Shown: positions 59,440-64,000 of the stretch, piece by piece
Layout of the letters: the number at the start of each line of letters is the position of its first letter
Numbering within the stretch: position 1 is the first letter of the stretch
Assembly: GCA_965226375.1 (NCBI GenBank)
Contig: CBDDCX010000007.1
Span: forward strand, 64,001-128,000
Length of the DNA: 64,000 bases
DNA from: Longimicrobiales bacterium
Lineage (GTDB): Bacteria; Gemmatimonadota; Gemmatimonadetes; Longimicrobiales; Gaopeijiaceae
Reading direction: 5' to 3'
Made by a program: the position numbers and the translations under genes
Notes under the pieces: generated by a model
What the model was told of the DNA's origin: nothing
What the model saw: the letters and a program-made list of their open reading frames with translations, nothing else
The model's database searches: none

Positions 59440-61370
59440 TCACCGAACCCCTGCAGCCACCTCCTCCTGCCCGATCCGGCGGCGCATCCCATCCACGTCG
59501 TCTTCCATTCTGGATACGATCGCCTGAAAGAGCGGATCGTCGCGCACGCCGTCGAAGATCGGATCGATCGCGATGAAGTACGGAAATCGGTAGCCCCTCG
59601 ACTCGTAGGCCTGCTCGGCCCATCGGATGGCCTCGTCCCGCTCCCCCATGGCTGCGTGGATGGAGGCCATCTCCCAAACCGGTCCCCAGGAGTCGTTCCG
59701 CTCCAGGAGGGCCTCCGTCTCCGTGAGCATGTCGGTGAGCACGCGCATTCCGCGCTCGGTCTCTCCTGTTCGGAGGAGGGCGAAGCCCAGGGTGGTACCC
59801 GTGTAGTGCCAGTGGAAGCTCGTGACGTCGGGATCCAGCCTCATCGCTTCCTCGGCCGCCGACCTGAGGCGGTCGAAGTCTCGATTGAAGAGAGCTGCTC
59901 CGGCAGCCCCCTGATGGGCATATGCCGAGGTCGGGTGCTGGAGGACGGCTCGCTCGGCGATTTCCATGCCTTGCTCGCATTCTCCCCGAAGGCTCGCGAC
60001 GGCTGACAGAACCTGCATCGCCTCCAAGTCATCGGGCTCCAACGCGAGGGCATCCCGAGCCCAACGTTCAGCGAGGTCATAGTCCCCGAGCTGCCAATAC
60101 GACCAGGCGACCTGCGTGCGCCGGTAGCGGAAATTCGGTGATAGGCGGAAAGCTCGCATGGACCAGTAATGGTATTCATCGAACGCACCGAAGCTGAAGT
60201 AGATCGCGTCCATGCTGGCCACAGCCGGAAGGTGGCTCGGGTCCAACTCCACGGTCTTCAGGTAATTCCTCGGCGCCTGTCGGTTCTCGCCGCGAATCCG
60301 GTATGCGAGGCCGAGCGCCTTGTATCCGTCGGGCAGATCCGGATCGATCTCGATTGCCCGCCGGCTGGCCGCCATTGCCGAATCCGCCCAACTGATCGGG
60401 AGACCGTAGTTTCCGACCCGCAACCCGAAAGCGTCTCCTAGGCCCGCCCACGCCCGGGCATAGTCCTGGTCCAGCTCCAAAGCCTGGCGGAAGAGGCGGA
60501 TGGCTTCATCGTTGTCCTCGGCGGTATACCGCCCGTACGCTTCTCTTCCCTTCAGGTAGAAGTCGTAGGCGGTCAGGCTCGCGGTGGGTGCATGAGATAT
60601 CCGGTCCCCCTCTTCGGACGAGAGGGTCATGCTCAGCCCCTCCGCGATCCGGGTGGCGATCTCCGACTGGATGGCGAAGATGTTCTCCGCCGTCAACTCG
60701 CGATCATAGGTCTCCGCCCACAGATGGGTACCGGACTGCGCCTCGATCAACTGGACGTTAATGCGGACGCGACCGCCCGCGCGTTGGACCCCACCTTCCA
60801 CCAGGGTCTGGACGCCCAGTTCCTCTCCGATGGTCGGGATGGTTTTCGTAGTACCCAAGTACTGCATGACCGACGTGCGGGCGATGACGTCTAGCGAGCC
60901 GATCTTCGAGAGCTGGGTCAGGATGTCGTCGTGGATGCCCTGCGTGAAGAACTCGTTTCCCTCGTCGGCGCTCATGTTCGCGAAGGGGAGCACCGCGATC
61001 GCGGGCTTGCCTCCCCCCCCATGCCCGCAGCCCGAATCGGAAGGTCGTCCAGACCTTCGATGACCTGGTCGGTGCTGGTTCCCACGAGCGTCAGCGATAC
61101 GGCGGTCAGCGTCAGGAGTCCACCCAGCATCAGCAACTCTGGCCCACTGATTTTCTGGCGCCCCTGCTCGCCATGATACCAGGCCAGGATCAGGGCGACG
61201 AAGAATCCGACGATCAGGAGCAGATCGATCGCCCGCCCCATCCCGGCCGTGAGCCCCCACCGCTCTCCCAGTACGTCCATCACCTGCCACACCAGCCAAG
61301 CCCCCGTCAGATAGGCCAGGGTCCATTGGACCAGCTTGCGCTGCTTCAGGCGGGCGAAGAGAGGCGACAT
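59440..61370 (-). CDS. Membrane-anchored TolB-like/TPR protein; frameshift at the G8 run (61013-61020)
   Basis: N-terminal LKQRKLVQW TM module, IAVLPFANMS, EGGVQRAG.RVRINVQLI, HLWAETYDR and TPRs. G9 would join the two frames. Confidence 0.85.
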
Positions 61371-61611
61371 GGATCAGCAGCGGGGTTGGCCAAACGGCTC
61401 ACCAGTGCTTGTGCTCACGGCTGCTGCTCCTGGAGGGAGGTCGGGGAGAACATGGACGTGGAGGGTTTGGCAGAGCAAGTCAACACTCGGGTGGCGTGAA
61501 GCAACCTCCGACCTTATGCGCTTGTCCAATACTTCGTTCGCACTCGAAGCCACCACGGTGGGGGGGTAGCCCGCCGTGGTTGCAGTGATAGACGAAAGAC
61601 AGGAGATCCAG

Positions 61612-64000
61612 GTGTCCGCTCTCGAACTCGCTTTTCGCACACTTACCAAGACGCCGTTCGTCACGGCGGTCGCGATCCTGTCTCTCGCGCTGGGCATCGG
61701 AGCAAACGCCGCGATCTTTTCGCTCTTCGATCAGATGCTGCTGCAGTCTCTACCCGTCCAGGAGCCCGGCCGTCTGGTGAACCTTTCGGCGCCTGGCCCC
61801 AACCCCGGGTCGCAGTCTTGCAGTCAGGCCGGGCCCTGCACAGCGGTCTTCAGCTACCCGATGTTCAAGGACCTCGCGCAGGTGTCGACCGGCTTTAGCG
61901 GTGTGGCGGCACATCGGATCTTCGGGACCAACCTCGCCATGGCCGACCAGACCGTGAACGGCACCGGCATGCTGGTGTCTGGGTCATATTTCCCTCTGCT
62001 CGGTCTGCGTCCGGCCTTGGGTCGGCTACTCGGTCCGCGCGATGATGAGGCCATCGGCGAGCACTACGTCCCCGTGCTCGGCTACGACTACTGGGAGAAT
62101 CAACTCGGCTTGGACCCGGCGGTGCTGAACAGCACGATCATCGTCAATGGACGGTCGATGACGGTGGTGGGCGTGGGCCCGAAGGGCTTCGAAGGAACTA
62201 CCCTCGGCGCTACCGCCGACGTGTACGTCCCGCTCACCATGCGTACGGTGATGAGCCCGTGGTGGGACGCGTGGGATAATCGCCGGAACTACTGGGCGTA
62301 TCTGTTCGCCCGGCTGGCGCCCGGAGTGACCATCGAGCAGGCCAGCGCGGAGATGAACACGGTCTTCCAGGGCATCCTCGCAGAGGTGGAGGCTCCGCTT
62401 CAGAGCGGCATGAGCGACCAGACCATGGAACGGTTCCTGGTCAAGGAACTGGTGATCGAGGAGGGCTCCCGCGGACAGAGCAATCTGCACGGAGAGGTGG
62501 AGACACCCATGACCCTCCTCTTCGGGATCACGGGTGTGGTGCTGCTCATCGCTTGTGCGAACATCGCCAACCTCCTGTTGGCTCGTGGAGCCAACCGCGG
62601 GTCCGAGATGGCTATCCGCGCTTCGATCGGTGCAAGTCGGTCACAGATGCTGAGACAATTGCTGACCGAGTCGCTGGTACTCGCTGTTCTCGGAGGGTTC
62701 GCCAGCCTTCTCGTCGCCAACTGGACCCTGGGAATCATCGCGACGCTCCTTCCACCCGAGCCCGCGTCCGCCTTCACGCCCTCGTTGAGTCCCGGTGTGA
62801 TCCTGTTCGCGGGGGCGCTGGCGATCGGAACCGGAGTCCTGTTTGGACTCTATCCGGCCCTGCACAGCACGCGTCCAGATCTGGTGACTGCGGTGAAGAG
62901 CAACAGCGGCCAACCCTCCGGACACCGGGCTGCGGCGCGCTTCCGTAGTGCGCTGGTCACGGCCCAGATCGCCCTTTCCATGGCGCTATTGGTCGGAGCG
63001 GGTCTGTTCCTCAAGAGCCTCACGAACGTGAGCCGAGTGGACCTGGGCATGAGCCCGGGAGACGTGGCGACGTTCGCCATCTCGCCGACGCTGAACGGAT
63101 ACGACCGTGAAGAGTCGCTGGCGCTCTACGAACGGGTCGAGCAGGAGCTGGCTGCCTTGCCCGGCGTCTCGGGAGCCTCAGCTGCGATTGTCGCGATCCT
63201 GAACGGCAACAACTGGGGTAACGACGTGGCCGTGGAGGGGTTCGAGTCGGGCCCTGACATCGACTCCAACTCGCGCATGAATATGGTTGGTCCCGGCTAC
63301 TTATCGACGCTGGGGATACCACTGCTCGCCGGCCGTGAGTCACCGTTGCCGACAACATGGAAGCGGAAGAGGTCGCCGTCGTGAACGAGGCGTTCGCGAC
63401 CAAGTTCGGACTCGATCCCCGCGAGACCGCCGGAAAGTTCATGGGCACGGGTGGTGGTGGTTCCGAGTTGACGCGCCGCATCGTCGGGGTGGTCCAGGAC
63501 TCGCGCTACTCGGGGGTGAAGCGCGACGTGCCACCGCTCTTCTTCCTCCCCTACCGTCAGAACGAGTATGTCGGATCGATCACCTTTTACATGCGCACAC
63601 AGATCGAGCCGTCGCAGACGCTGGCTGCGGTGGGAGGCGTCATCAAGGGCTTGGATGCCAACCTGCCGGTCGAGGACCTGAAGACACTCGAGCAAACCGC
63701 GAAAGAGAACGTGATGCTCGACCGCCTCATAAGCACGTTGTCGGCCGCCTTCGCCGTGCTGGCCACCATACTCGCTGCCGTGGGACTGTATGGCGTCCTG
63801 GCCTACTCGGTCTCGCAACGTACACGTGAGATCGGCCTGCGCGTGGCACTGGGAGCGGACGGGGCACGGGTCCGGGCGTTGGTGCTACGCCAAGTAGCGA
63901 AGATGATCGTAGTCGGTGGAATCATCGGCTTGGTGGGAGCCTTTTTCCTGGGCCGGGCCGCCGAGTCTCTGCTTTTCGGGCTGGAGGGTAACGATCCCGT
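61612..64000 (+). CDS. ABC transporter permease (duplicated MacB/FtsX, ADOP-type); frameshift near 63340; runs off the window
   Basis: GTG after AGGAG; LALGIGANAAIFS, LLIACANIANLLLARG and LLTESL. The second frame continues VAVVNE...GLYGVLAYSVSQRTREIGLRVALGA. Confidence 0.9.

Overview
High-GC bacterial chromosome segment. It is most likely Gemmatimonadota: it carries a stand-alone TonB-plug-like lipoprotein, an MSDPxxRLxAALEGxYxIERELGEGGMA kinase leader, a TolB-like/TPR protein and a duplicated ADOP-type permease (taxonomy is inference). 1-38 kb is mostly core or catabolic DNA: OsmC plus flavoprotein, msrA, several secreted peptidases, a gamma-glutamyltransferase, an NHEJ locus (ligD, ku and a MerR-HTH/TPR gene), and a tryptophan -> kynurenine -> anthranilate -> 2-aminobenzoyl-CoA catabolic cluster that lacks kynB but contains a creatininase-family amidohydrolase. 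38.9-54.4 kb is an accessory hotspot. tRNA-Asn(GTT) is flanked by a displaced 3' half on one side and a degenerate 5' half on the other, which suggests two opposite-side integrated elements. The hotspot also holds a propeller sensor kinase, an integrase remnant, a large DUF11/internalin-like LRR lipoprotein, nested IS481/IS3 elements, and a class C group II intron whose RT is interrupted by scrambled IS3-derived DNA and whose flanks do not match. 54.4-64 kb holds an M28 peptidase, msrP, an AlkC/D-like repair protein, a TPR protein and an ABC permease. Several apparent single-base frameshifts suggest uncorrected long-read errors. All calls come from motif recognition by eye; no searches were run.
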